Shown piece after piece: positions 36,144 through 55,280 of a stretch of 64,000 nucleotides of DNA. How positions within the stretch are numbered: position 1 is the first letter of the stretch; every line of letters begins with the position of its first letter. The notes under the pieces are model-generated. The model was not told the origin of the DNA and did not search any database. It saw only the letters and a list, made by a program, of their open reading frames with translations. Where the stretch lies: contig NW_027362765.1 of NCBI RefSeq assembly GCF_046119375.1, positions 287,556,001 through 287,620,000 on the forward strand, written 5' to 3'. Source of the DNA: Phyllobates terribilis (taxonomy: Eukaryota). The position numbers were made by a program, and so were the translations under genes.

Positions 36144-36599
36144 TATATTACAGCCCATTCACTATTTCTCCAAACATAAGTCTCTACCTAACTCCACTGC
36201 ACCTAAAAGCACTACAAATACTGGCTGGTGTTGAGCTCATGCAGCCTTTATCTATCCCTCATCCCCTCAAGATGGCCGGACCATAATTGTAAATAAGCCC
36301 CTGTACTTTGTGTCAGCCCCACCTCATTGTAGATTGTAAGCTCTTATGAGCAGAGTCGTCATTATTTTTGCTTTAATTATTGTGTTATCTTTAACTATGT
36401 TACCTATGACTGTTGTATATGAACCTCTGAATTGTAAAGCGCTGCGGAATATGTTGGCGCTATATAAATAAAGATTATCATTCTGCTCAGCACATGGAAC
36501 ACCACCACTGCATCCCTTATTAGATCCAGAGGGTGGATTAAATGTAGGGGGTTTTCTTACCTTCAGAGCTTTGCTGTTTCCCTTGCTGAGAGTCGTCAT
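33526..36599 (-). CDS. MAFG: Small Maf bZIP transcription factor MafG, 163 aa: join(36561-36599,33526-33978)
   Basis: [44 protein letters not shown]...[21 protein letters not shown]...[18 protein letters not shown]; GT-AG; exon 2 acceptor at 36624. Confidence 0.98.
34575..36482 (+). mobile_element. Degenerate L2-clade LINE in MAFG intron 2, antisense to the gene
   Basis: RT-like fragments (SSHPTTC..DPIP, IFNLSL...[25 protein letters not shown]); 3' tail GCGCTGCGGAATATGTTGGCGCTATATAAATAAAG, also seen at 22080-22125. Confidence 0.88.
36066..36144. repeat. (TA)n microsatellite followed by (CA)n
   Basis: Direct reading. Confidence 0.98.
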
Positions 36600-36842
36600 A
36601 CCCTGGGAACCGTGTGTCAGCAAACTACAAAGAGAGGAAGCAATGTGTTAGTGTGACCTCCTAAACCTGACCTATCAGCACATCATCTCGTCTGCCCCCT
36701 AACCTAGTGCTGTCCATGTGTCCTGCGGTCCTGATCTGTGACCCAATTTAGTAAAGACAGGGGACAAAAGCAATTACAATCCCCAGTGGACTTAACTTTA
36801 AAAAGAAGCTGGGAGGGAAAGAGCAGCAGAGCAGGCGAGTCA

Positions 36843-36855
36843 TGCTGAGTCAGCA
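36843..36855. promoter_or_regulatory. Perfect palindromic T-MARE
   Basis: TGCTGAGTCAGCA, 219 bp from the MAFG exon 2 acceptor. Confidence 0.75.
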
Positions 36856-37202
36856 CAATGCTGTATCAGAGAGCAGCACGCTGTATCCTGTGTGTGCAAC
36901 TATATATATATGTAGCTGTATACACTGAGAATCATAGCCAGAAAGATGAAAGCGCTACAGCTGGACATACTAAAGTCACAAAAGGGGAGCAGACAGTGCA
37001 ATCCCATGTACAGGGGCCATATGTTACATGTGATACTAGGAATTCCCACACTCACAGTGCGGTTCCATATTGCTGGTCTTTCACGCGTACAAATGTAGTT
37101 ACGGATCCAAATTTATACCAAACAAATCAGCCCCACTCAAATAGTCAATCGATCTGTAGTACCTAGCAATTATTAACCATGGCTATATATCCAATTAATA
37201 GC

Positions 37203-37632
37203 AAAACAAAAAGCCAATCCGGTAATTTGTAAATAGATTTTATTAAATACTAACACTTTTAAACAAAGTAAAGAAAAGAGGAGAAGCTAGAGAGCAACAC
37301 TATAGAGATAGGGAGAGGAGATGGGGCATACAGCAGGAGGGCATGGCTACAGGTAATCGTGTGATTTATTGTGAGTTTACCAATACAGGGTGGCTATAAG
37401 TGAGGACAGTGTTGCTGAAATCTGATGATTAATAGCACATATACAATTTTTGAATTTTATGCCCCCCCCCTCTAACTGTATATGAATTGTTATTTATTAT
37501 GTTGTATGCCCCATCTCCTCTCCCTATCTCTATAGTGTTGCTCTCTAGCTTCTCCTTTTTTCTTTACTTTGTTTAAAAATGTTAGTATTTAATAAAATCT
37601 ATTTACAAATTACCTGATTGACTTTTTGTTTT
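37203..37632. repeat. Inverted repeat: 130-bp arms, 170-bp spacer
   Basis: 37203-37332 is a near-exact reverse complement of 37503-37632. Confidence 0.93.
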
Positions 37633-37800
37633 GGTATTAAAGGTAGTTATGGGAGGAACCTTTAGCCACAATAGTGTTATTTCATGTCACTGTGTGCAAA
37701 AAAAAAAAAAAAAAAATCAACATTATATACAGTGCCTTAAAAAAGTATTCATACCCCATGAACTTTTCCACATTTTTTCACGTTACATTCACAAACTTAA

Positions 37801-38349
37801 AGGGGTTTTCCCATGAACAAAAGTTCATTTTAATCAATAGATCTTGGAATAATAATAATTTCCACAATTGGATGTGTTTAAATAAAATGTCCCTGTGCTG
37901 AGATAATCTTATAAAGGTGCCCCTGGTTTGTACTGTGTAATGGTTGTGTCTGACCTTACAGGGCCATGGTCTGATCATACCACATCTCCTGGGCAGGGGA
38001 GGACACAAAAGAGTATACAGACATTACAACACGGGATCACAGCTGATTCATTTTGTGAGACAAAACATTTTGCTGTCTGTTTTTAAGCAATATTTTTCCT
38101 GAAAGAAATAATCATTTGCGATCCTGTCTGTATCCTGTCTTTTGTTTCCTCCCCTGCCCAGGAGCTGTGGTATGATCAGACCATGTTCCTGTACGGTTAG
38201 ACACAGACATTACACAGTACACAGCAGGGGCACATTTATAAGATTATCTCAGCACAGGAACATTCTATTTAATCACATCCAATTATGGATCTTATTATTA
38301 TTCCAAGATCTATTGAATAAAATGAACTTTCATTTATGGGAAAACCCCT
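37801..38349. mobile_element. Complete TTAA-flanked palindromic MITE inside the Tc1 left end
   Basis: TTAA|AGGGGTTTTCCCAT...ATGGGAAAACCCCT|TTAA. Confidence 0.92.
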
Positions 38350-39629
38350 TTAAATTTATTTTATTGGGATTTTATGTGATATGCCAACACAAAGTAGCAA
38401 GTATTAGCGAAGTGTAAATAAAATGATACATGGTTTTCTAATTATTTTAAAAATATAAATATGGAAAGTGGTGACGTGCATTTGGACCCCTGTAGCCTGA
38501 TACCCCTAAATAAAATCCTGAGTGACCAATTGCCTCCAGAAGTCACATAATTAGTAAATTGAGTCCACCTGTGTGTAAATTATTCTCAGTATAACTACAG
38601 CTGTTCTGTGAAGGCCTCAGAGGTTTGTTTGTGAATATTAGAAATCAAACAGCATCATGAAAACCAAGGAACACCCCAGACAGGTCTGGGATAAAGTTGT
38701 GGAGAAGAGTAAACCAGGGTTAGGTTTTAAAAAAAATAGCTCAAGCTCTGAACATCTCACAGAGCACTGTTCAATCCATTATCCACAAATGGAAGGAGTA
38801 TGCCACAAATGCAAACCTACCACAACATGGCTGTCCACCTAATTTGACATCCCAAGCAAGGAGAGCACTAATTAGATAAGCAGCCAAGAAGCCCATAGTC
38901 ACTTTGAAGGAGCTCCAGAGATCCACAGCTCAAGTGGGAGAAACTGTCCACAGGACAACTATTAGTCGTATACTCCACAAATCTGACCTTTATGGAAGAG
39001 TGGCAAGAAGAAAGGCATTTTTGAAAGCAATCCATAAAAAGTCCCATTTTCAGTTTGCAAAAAGTCATGCAGGGAACACAGCTAGCATGTGGACGAAGGT
39101 GCTCTGGTCAGATGAGACCAAAGTAGAACTTTTTGGGCTGAATGCAAAGTGTTAAGTGTGGCGGAAAACTAACACTGCACATCACCCTGAAAACACCATC
39201 CCCACAGTCAAACATGGTGGTGGCAGCATCATGCTGTGGGGATGCTTTTCATTAGCAGGGGCAGGGAAGCCAATCAGAGTTTATGGGAAGATGGATGGAG
39301 CTAAATACAGGGAAATCCTGGAGGAAAACCTGTTAGAGGCTGCAAAAGACTTGAGACTGGGGCGTAGGTTCACCTTCCAGCAGTACAACAACCCTAAACA
39401 TACTTCCAGAGCTACAATGGACAGATTTAGATCAAATCATATCCATGTGTGTGAATGGACTAGTCACAGTTGAGACCTAAATCCCATTGAGAATCTGTAG
39501 CAAGACTGGAAAATTGCTCTTTATAGACGTCTCCATCCAATCTCACTGACATAGGGCTAGTTTACAAATAAGAATGGGCAAACATTTCAGCTCTAGATGT
39601 GAAAAGGTGAAAGTAAATAAACAATATGT

Positions 39630-39687
39630 TTTTTTTATTTCCTGAAGAAGAAGTGGGTTACCCTTCGAAACGAGTAGAAAAATAAAA
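39630..39687 (+). ncRNA. Minimal type I hammerhead-ribozyme-like motif (degenerate) in a Penelope-like fragment at about 39604-39897
   Basis: CTGAAGA-A-stem II-GAAAC-GA-GTA, flanked by complementary T-rich and A-rich stem I strands. Confidence 0.55.
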
Positions 39688-41329
39688 GAAACTGTAATTT
39701 TTATAAGGCGTTTGATGTTTCCTCACAAGCTGGAAGCGCGGATATGGACCACAAACTTTACATTTTATTTGCTTTTTTGGTGAAATCACCTGTGGATCCG
39801 CAGCAGCCATACAACCCTGGATGAGGTCAGCATATAGCGATACGATTTCTGATACCCATCACCCGGATAAGACCCTATTCTTGTGCTTTTTCTTCTCAGC
39901 TTTTTTGTAAGCTGATACAGACATATCCCAAAAGACTTGCAGCAGTAATTGCAGATAAAGGTGGTCCTACAAAGTACTGACTCAGGGGGGGCTGAATACA
40001 AATGCATGTCACAATTTTCAGATTTATATTCATAAAATAATTAGAAACCCATGTATCATTTACTTAACACTTCGAAAATACTTGCTACTTTGAGTTGGTA
40101 TATCACATAAAGTCCCAATAAAAGTTTGTGGGTGTAACGTGAAAAAATTCACACGGGATGAATTCTTTTTCAAGGCACTGTACATAATATACAGTATATG
40201 TGTGTGTATATATTATATATACACTCTCCTCAACATTGATATTACAACTCCAAGAAGGAAAAGTTGTAAAATGATGCAAATCACAGGAGGATCGACCTGT
40301 TAATGATATGGAAATGATGAAGAAAATGGCTTCTATCCGTGATTATTAATGGTTATCTTAGGAATGTTCTGCTGTGCTGAATGCACTTGGGCAGATCATC
40401 AAGATCCACTGCTGGCAGTTCCTTTGTAACTGCCGACCAATGACGTCCCAGATGTGCTTGATAGGAGACAAGATGCTGCAGACCATGGTAGCACGTTTAG
40501 GCCACACAGCCCGCTCACAGTAGCACGAGCAACATGCGGCCTGACCTAGCTGTGCTGAAAAACAGTTCCTGGAACACTTTGGATTTATATATAACTAAAA
40601 GACATGATGGCCGACTTCAGTATGGACACAAGTCCCATTAGGAAGGGTCTATCTGATCTCTACTGACACCACAGGATGGACGGCAGCGCTACAGGAGACC
40701 CCCGGGCAGGGGTACAAGGTGCTGTAAAGGCCCCTCACTCACACAGAACCTGGACTATAGGAATAAGCCATTATTTAGGAATGACTAGTGAGATAGCGCC
40801 ATCTAGTGTGACAATCATTGTGCAGTCAGCATCATGACAGTGCATCTATGCAGCCGCTGCTTGGTCTGTGCTCACATCTACCGGATAATAAGCACGTTTC
40901 CCTACACATCACAGCATGGCCGAACCGTCAGTCATGGGGTCGTGGCTGGGCCTTGTGGTGATCTGAGCACAGATGCGACCCCACACTGAGCTTGTGGCCT
41001 ATAGGGCTTTGTCACCTGCTCACAGCTGGCTGTTTGCTACAGCCGCACCACGTTCTGCCAGTCTGCGGCCATGTGTCTGGATGCTGGCGCTACTTTCATG
41101 GCACCATGGAAAAATGCTGATCTGGCAGCTGGCAATGGTCTCAGACGCCAAAGTTTCGCAGGCAGGTGTGTGGCTGAGGTGTAGCAGAGCCGGCCGTGTG
41201 GAGGGCAGCAGTGTGTGGAAGCTGGGGGGCGCACATGGCACTGGACACCGGCTCATTACTGACACAACACCCATGACACAGAGCCGCCATAGCCACCTGT
41301 CCCAACCCCAAACCCGGCAAGCACCTGTC

Positions 41330-41600
41330 AATCACAACTCCGCCCCTTCGTCTTCCTCATGACATCACGGCTGCAGTGACGTGGCAGCTCGTATAACACG
41401 GGAGGCCACGGTGACCGAGCACTGCCGGGGGACCACGTGACACCGCTCCGGAATCGATGACCCCTCACTTCGGTCCTCGGCGCTGGATCCTTGGTAGATG
41501 CCTGAGCACAGGGGGTTAAAGGACCTTTGTTGATGTCATGACCATGTGATCAGTCACATGTGGGGGAGGAGTCAGGTGCTGGGCTGTACTGTAGGGGAAG
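41330..41600 (-). promoter_or_regulatory. Candidate MAFG non-coding first exon and promoter
   Basis: CpG-rich; GC box, TGACATCA, TGACGTGG, CCACGTGA; minus-strand donor GAA|gtgagg at 41468. Confidence 0.4.
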
Positions 41601-41715
41601 CACATGTGTAGAGGAAGCTGCAGACCTGTGCATGTAGCAGAGGTGTGTGTGTGTGTGTGCTGGGAGTCTGATGTCAGGGTGAATGATACCAGAAATGAGA
41701 AACCTTAGAGATGGC

Positions 41716-41858
41716 ACCTAGCACTTAAAGGGGTATATCCAGCATTCACAATTGGGACCCAGCACGTAAAGGTATATTCCCAGAATTCACCAATGGGACC
41801 TAGCATTTAAAGGGGTATGTCCAGCATTCACAATTGGGACCTAGCACTTAAAGGGGTA
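41716..41858. repeat. Approximately 42-bp tandem repeat, about 3.5 copies
   Basis: CTAGCACTTAAAGGGGTATATCCAGCATTCACAATTGGGACC-like units. Confidence 0.85.
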
Positions 41859-41859
41859 T

Positions 41860-43156
41860 TGTGACAAAACAGCTTCTAATCTTAATCAGTCAGACGTTTA
41901 GATTTGTTAAACCAAGAGAAATACACTATCATCTTTGTGTTGACTTGTGAATGTATGGGTTTCTTTGGTGGGTCAAGCAGAACAGACCAGTAATAGTATA
42001 ACCCTGAATGTTTACTTCTCTTGGTTGTGAAACAATGATGTTTGTTACTATTCTAATTGCATATTGTACTAAAGCCAGCTAGATGTTTATTTAAAAGAGC
42101 CCCCTGCTATACCAACTATGTAAATTGATTAAATGCTCAAACAATGAGACCTGAGCACTGTGGAATAATACCCTCCCTAATCCTTGACCTGTGGGCGTGT
42201 ACTTGAAAGAACAAATGTGAACTATTTAAGGGACATATGCCTCTGTAGCAGGCAGAATTGAAAGAGACTTTTCAAGGAGAATCAAAGATCAGACTCCCTT
42301 CAGACCATTATCTTGGTAGCATGGCTTTATCCAAAGAGAGACAGATTTGGATTCTACATGATTCCGGCCTAAGGATATAAGGCCTTGACTGGAAGGATAC
42401 AGATCTGCTCCATTGACCATCAGAGAATCCATGGATACATTTCGGGAGACCAGGTTGGAACGATAAAGTCACCTGGCCCCATGAATATGTTGTTTGGGGT
42501 TGCCAGGTGGGACCCTTCGGTCGCCTGGAACCCATGGAGACATTTGGAGAAGCCAGATTGGGACCAGCCGGTCATCTGGCCCCATGGAAACGCTCGGAGA
42601 GGCCAGGGTGGGACCCTCGGGTCTCCTGGCCTTGTACCTCGATGGACTGTCCGCTTCCTAAGCTTGCTGCTACCTTCTCGCTGTGGGGGCCCGCCAGAAG
42701 CGGAGGGCCACTGGTTGAGGTAGTCAGCCCTGGAAGTCCCAAAGTCACAGCATATGTCCAGAATTAAAAGTTGTCTATATCCAACTTACTGATCACTGGG
42801 ATCCCCAGCAGTTCTGAGAATGGGGCTAGTTCTGGCAGGCCTATACGTAATGGGGAGGAGGGTGAACATTGGTGTTTGCAGTCAGGACGGGTCCTGTGGA
42901 GCCCACTTCCCGGGGTTGCTGAGCATCCCAGCAGGTGGACCCCCCTATCCTTTGAATAGACAAAAATAAATAGTTCCAGGAGGAGCTGTAGAGGCTCACA
43001 GAAAAACCATGAGGCAGAGCCAGTAACAAACCTGCCTACTGGAGTCACAAATCACATGGACAGGAAGGTGAATTAACACACCGGCCCCAATCCGATTAAC
43101 ACCAGACTACTGCGGTAAAACACTTGGGAAAAGTGGCAAAATATTTGTGCGTCACA
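41860..43156. mobile_element. Possible solo LTR (1.3 kb)
   Basis: TGTGAC...GTCACA termini; no target duplication found. Confidence 0.4.
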
Positions 43157-43224
43157 AATTTGTGCAAAAACATTGTGATTTCTGGAGCTTCCACATCAGT
43201 TTTTGGCAGCTCTGCTGCTTTCCC

Positions 43225-43655
43225 TGGTTCACCAATTTATAAAAAAAAACAAAAAACATGCAGGTCCAGCAAAGTCCACAAATGGAAACCTGAAAAACAT
43301 AAAAAGAGAAATAAACAAAACACTGTCCCTCGTTCCCCTTATTTTTTAATAAATCGGTGACGACGTAGTCCAGCGCTTCCCACGACGTTCCCCGATTCCA
43401 TCGTTAAAAGCCTATGGAGACTTGTTCGGACTCTCCATAGGCTTTTAGAAGCTGCCACTCCCGGCTCACGCTGCACTCCGTGAGAATTGACGCTTCGTGG
43501 GACCCTTATTTTCTAATAAATTGGTAAATAAAGTACAGTGTTTAGTTTTTCTTTCTTTTTATGTTTTTCAGATTTCCATTTGTGGACTACGTCGAATTCT
43601 CTATACTACGTTTGACCTGCATGTTTTTTTTTTAATAAATTGGTGAACCAGGGGA
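43225..43655. mobile_element. Palindromic MITE-like element
   Basis: GTCCACAAATGGAAA / TTTCCATTTGTGGAC and CCCTGGTTCACCAATTTAT / ATAAATTGGTGAACCAGGG inverted arms. Confidence 0.65.
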
Positions 43656-44128
43656 GTGTTTATTTAAATAAAAAAAAAAGATTTAATTACTGGGTTAGTA
43701 AAGGGGGTGTCTGATAGACACCTCTCTATTGCTAACACCAGGCCTTGAGGACAGCTGTGATTTTTGACAAATCACAGCTGACATCAACCCCACACCCCAT
43801 AGCCACCAAAACAGGACAATCAGAAAGAGTGAAGGCAAAGCGCCAGAGTTGGTGCATCTCATGTGATGCACCACTTCTAGGGCGGCTGCGGGCTGGTATT
43901 TTTAGGCTGGGAAGGGTCCAAAAACCATGGACCTTCCCAGCCTGATAATATCAACCCACATCTGTCTTCTTTACCTTTGGTTATCAAAAATAAGGGGAAC
44001 ACCACATCATATTTGTTTATTTATTGTATTAATTAAGCTGTACAATAAACTACAGGCACTAAAGGGTGCAAGTTTATAACATGTAGGGGGGTTGTGAAAT
44101 TATATATCAACAGGATATCTAGTATCTA

Positions 44129-45135
44129 GAGTGGCTTCAGAAAGTATTCACCCCCTTTGGCATTTTCCGTGTTTTGCTACCTCACAACCTGGAATTTCAC
44201 TGTTTTTTTATGGTTTCCATCAGTTCATGGAAAGAACATGCCTACAATGGTGATCATTTGGTTTTCTCTTTATTGTGAAGCAAACAACACATTTTTTTTT
44301 TTAAGGACAAAATAACTGAAAACTTCAGTGTGCATAACTATTCACCCCCTAAAGTCAGTACTTTGTAGAGCCTCCTTTTGCAGCAATTACAGCTCCAAGT
44401 CACTTTGGATAAGTCTCTATGAGCTTTCTACATCTTACCACTGGGATTTTTGCCCATTCCTCAAAGCAAAACTGCTCCAGCTCCTTCAAGTTAGACGGTT
44501 TCCTCTGGTGAACAGCAATCTACAAGTCTGACCACAGATTCTCAATTGGATTTAGGTCTGGGCTTTGACTAGGCCACTCCAAAACATTTCCAGGTTTTCC
44601 CTTAAACCACTCGAATGTTGCTTTAGCAGTATGCTTTGGGACATTGTCTTGTTGGAAGGTGAACCTCGGTCCCAGTCTCAAATTACTGACAGACTGAAAC
44701 AGATTTTGCTCAAGAATATCCCTGTATTTTGCACCATCCATCTTCCCCTTGAATCAGACCATTTTTCCTGTCCCTGCTGGCAAAAACAGGTGTTCTTCGG
44801 GTGATGAGCTGTGTTGGTTTGGCGCCAGATATAGCGTTTACCTTGGTGGCCAAATAGTTCCATTTTGGTCTCATCTGACCACAGCACCTTCCTCCATACA
44901 TTTGGGGAGTCCCCACATGTCTTTTGGCAAACTGAAAACAAGCCTTACAATTTGTGTAAGTAAAGGCTTTTTTCGGCCCACTCTTCCATAAAGGCCACCT
45001 CTATGGAGTGTACGTCTTATTGTGGTCGTATGGACAGACACTCCAGTCTCTACTTGGGAACTCTGCAGCTTCTTCAGGGTTACCTTTGCTCTCTGTGCTG
45101 CCTCTCTGATTAATGTCCTCCTTGCCCAAGCTGTC
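44129..45135 (-). mobile_element. Truncated degenerate Tc1-type transposon
   Basis: [17 protein letters not shown]...[11 protein letters not shown] fragments. Confidence 0.88.
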
Positions 45136-45534
45136 AGTTTTGGTGGACAGCTCTCTTTTGGTTTTTTTTTTCTTCAATTTGATTTTTCTTGTAATTAGGG
45201 CTGGAAAATTAGCGCCAGTTACAGCAGAAAATCTTCCTTGTGGCTCCATAGCAGACCCGATTGAGGTTTTTAGGACCGAGCAGTTCCGCCTCAATCCCTT
45301 CACTTCGATTGATTACCGGGGCCGGAGGAAGTGCTGTCAGTGTTTCCTATATTGTATATACAACACTTGTTTAACACCGAGTATACAACGATCAGGAAGG
45401 CAGGGATGGTAATAAACCATGTCTGCCTCTGTGTGGGACACTGGCTATGCTCACGCATATTGTGCAGCTGCTCTACTATGTAGGGACGTGGTAGAACGCG
45501 GACTGCCTAGGTGTTTATAGTATATGGATGGGCT

Positions 45535-46020
45535 GGAAGTAGTTAGAGGGAATATTGAGTTTTTGCTTTAGTTTTTTCTAATAACACACACAGCAGGACT
45601 TGATACCGCTGGATCCTGGTTGTTCCTGTTTGAGGGACCCCATCACACACCCTGGATCCCCTTGACTTATATGTAGTGAATATAGCATATATGTCTGATG
45701 AAGGGTTTTCACCCCAAACATTACATATTACTGTACTTATTGCAGTGTAACCAATTGATATGAAGTACTGACAATAAATCCCATTTGAAGCGCCTCCAAG
45801 TGCTTTTAGGTGAGCAGCTCCTTCACTCTGTCTACTGTTTGTCTACAGGATCTCAGTGGGTGGCTCCAGAGGAACTAGCACCCATCTCATGCTAACTCTA
45901 ATTCACTGGGTGTGCCACCTATATAGTCTATGGATAGTCCAGAAGTAGTTAGAGGGAATATTGAGTCTTTGTATAAGCTTTATGTATTTGCCAATAAAGT
46001 TTAAAAACTTATTAAATGCT
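45535..46020 (+). mobile_element. Penelope-like pseudo-LTR fragment with a decayed hammerhead motif at 45689-45728
   Basis: Direct repeat AGTAGTTAGAGGGAATATTGAGT near 45538 and 45943; ATATGT-CTGATGA-A-GGG-loop-CCC-CAAAC...ACATAT. Confidence 0.5.
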
Positions 46021-47429
46021 TAGAACTGCACTTCAGTAATTATAGAAACCTCAAACTAAAAGATCTAAAAAGACAAGCAGCAAACGAGAAAACCAACATT
46101 TGTGCAAGTCTCAAAACTTTTGGCCATGACCATACATATGACATTTAAAACTACAGATCCAGTTTATTTTACCGGCATCTACTGTTACTCTTATGTGCAT
46201 GACCACCACAGACTTGAGATTGTTAGCGGATTTCACCAACTCTGCTGATAACGGTCTCACGTATTACCTGTAGGATTGCCCAACAGCCTTTCCAAAGCAG
46301 CTAGACTACCCGAACAAACGAAAAAACAAACAAAAAAAACAGTCATCACAACACGGTTCAGAGTGATGCATCAAAGGGGGGCACTACAGTTTGAATTTGG
46401 TATCTCTCCACCACCTAGGTCATAGATGTCCATGTTTAGATGCCTCCAGGTGGATACTATTAGCAAGCCTTGTAGTAGCTGCTAATGGTCTCCTCCACCC
46501 TCAGGAACTATCCCAGGACCAGTGATTAAGACTAATGCAAGTATTTCCTGCTCACTGCACCACAGCAGACTTCTCCCTATACATAGGTCACACTGAGGCT
46601 GGGTTCACACGTTTCGGGCGTGAGAGTGGTAATGTGCTGCGCCGCTTAGAACCAAAGTAGAAAACCGCACATATTCTCGCAGCAATAGCTTCCCCTGTAC
46701 TTCCAGCAATTCTTGGCCACGCAGCACATTAACAGAGTTCACGGGTTCCCACCCCATGGAGGTAATCATATATATTTTGTATTTTTATACCACACAATTG
46801 AATAAATGCTACTTTCAAAAGAAGAAAAAAAAGCTTTATTGTCCTGAGAAACCATTTTGTGGGCAATATGGCTGTTGGTGTACCATAATTAATGCAAATA
46901 TAAAAAAATGGGGTGGTAAATTCTGTACAGCACAATTTCTGCTTTGCCTGTATTGAAGGCAGTGCAGAAACTGTTTTTTAATGTGCTGATACACTGAAGA
47001 TGGAAGGCGTTTCATAGCATTCAGCATTTCCTTTAGCCTTATGAAATGCATACAGATAATAATAAAAGTGCATGGCGGCAACAGATCAGCCAACATCAGT
47101 CTTGTTATCAGAATTGTGACAAATTAGCAGAATAAAATTAGCTAAAATAAAAAGTAATTTTCTTGAATTTGATTAAAAGAAATGGCTCTAGCAAAAAAGG
47201 ACCAGGATGTCCCCTGCCAGAAAGGCAAAAGGAGACCATATACATTAGCTAGAAGTAGGCGGAGGGTAAATAACCATTGAACGAACGCTCGTCTGGCGAA
47301 CAACTGTTACACTGATGCAGCCGTGCACATTTTAGCCCATGTTGGCAATAACATTTAAGGGGAACCTGTCACATTGCATACTTGCAGTCTGATTTCTGGA
47401 CACTACAGTTTAGAGGAGACGCTGAGCAG

Positions 47430-47897
47430 AATCATATAAAAAAAGACATCGAAAAACTGGAGCAAGTTCAGAGAAGAACTACCGGGATGGCGAGCGGACT
47501 GCAAACTATGTCCTACAAGGAACGGTTAAAGGAGCTGGGAAGGTTTAGCTTGCAAAAAAAGAGGCTGCGAGGAGACTTAATAGCTGTCTACTAATATCTG
47601 AAGGATATCATAGTGTAGAGGGATCATTCTTATTCTCGTTTGCACATGGGAACACGAGAAGCAATGGGATGAAACTGAAAGGGAGGAGATACAGATTACA
47701 TATTAGAAAAAACTTTTTGACAGTGAGGGTGATCAATGAGTGGAACAGGCTGCCACGAGAGGGGGTGAGTTCTCCTTCAATGGAAGTCTTCAGAGGCTGG
47801 ACAGACATCTGTCTGAGATGGTTTAGTAAATCCTGCATTGAGCAGGGGGTTGGACATGATGACCCAGAAGGTCCCCTCCAAATCTAACATTCTATGA
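47430..47897 (+). mobile_element. CR1 3' fragment inserted in a TTAA-type MITE (about 47360-48225)
   Basis: [13 protein letters not shown]...LRGDLIAVY; ATTCTATGAT tail; the MITE resumes after it. Confidence 0.88.
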
Positions 47898-48488
47898 TAT
47901 ATAGGATTGTAGGAAAAGATTCAGTATAACTTGTTTTTTATTCACTGATATCCCTAAAAAAAAAATGTATACATGAGTCCAGTGGGTAGTCCTATTAGTG
48001 ATTGTGCATGCAGAGATAGCTGTCAGTCATACAGGGAAGACTGTCAATCACTAATGGGACCACCCACTAGACTCCTGTATACAAACACCAGGGATTTTAA
48101 TGAGTGAAATGCTCAGTTTCCTGAAACTTTTCCAACAAAAATGTATATCAGTCTGATCAGCTTCTCCTACTGTATAACATCCAGCCTGCAGATCAGATGC
48201 CATTTACAACATGACAGGTTCCCATTAAACTGCCCATACACGTTCAATGACTATGGGCAAAGGGCGAATAATCTTTCTGGCAATATTATTGTACAGAAAA
48301 TTCTTTCATTGGCTAGGATCTATTAAATAAAAAAATTCCACATGATGACTGGGGATCACAGGGCAAACAATCCTTTTGGTTGAAAACATCCATTTTGATC
48401 ACCTTTAGACCAATCTGTATGGCCACCTTAACACTCTTTGACGCCATCTTAGTCTATGGCTTTGGTTGATCTGGATTTTTGGAATTAC

Positions 48489-55280
<6,792 letters not shown>

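Larger units (their letters stand above)
37730..40180 (+). mobile_element. Degenerate Tc1-type transposon with two nested insertions
   Basis: TA|CAGTGCCTT...CAAGGCACTG|TA; broken transposase 38657-39600 (WSDETK, VKHGGGSIMLWG). Confidence 0.92.

Noticed and set aside
35869-36286. (YI)n ORFs
   Set aside because: Translation of a (TA)n microsatellite.
46600-46630. Minus-strand CCCGAAACGT as a hammerhead half
   Set aside because: No CUGANGA partner upstream; it is part of a MITE terminus.
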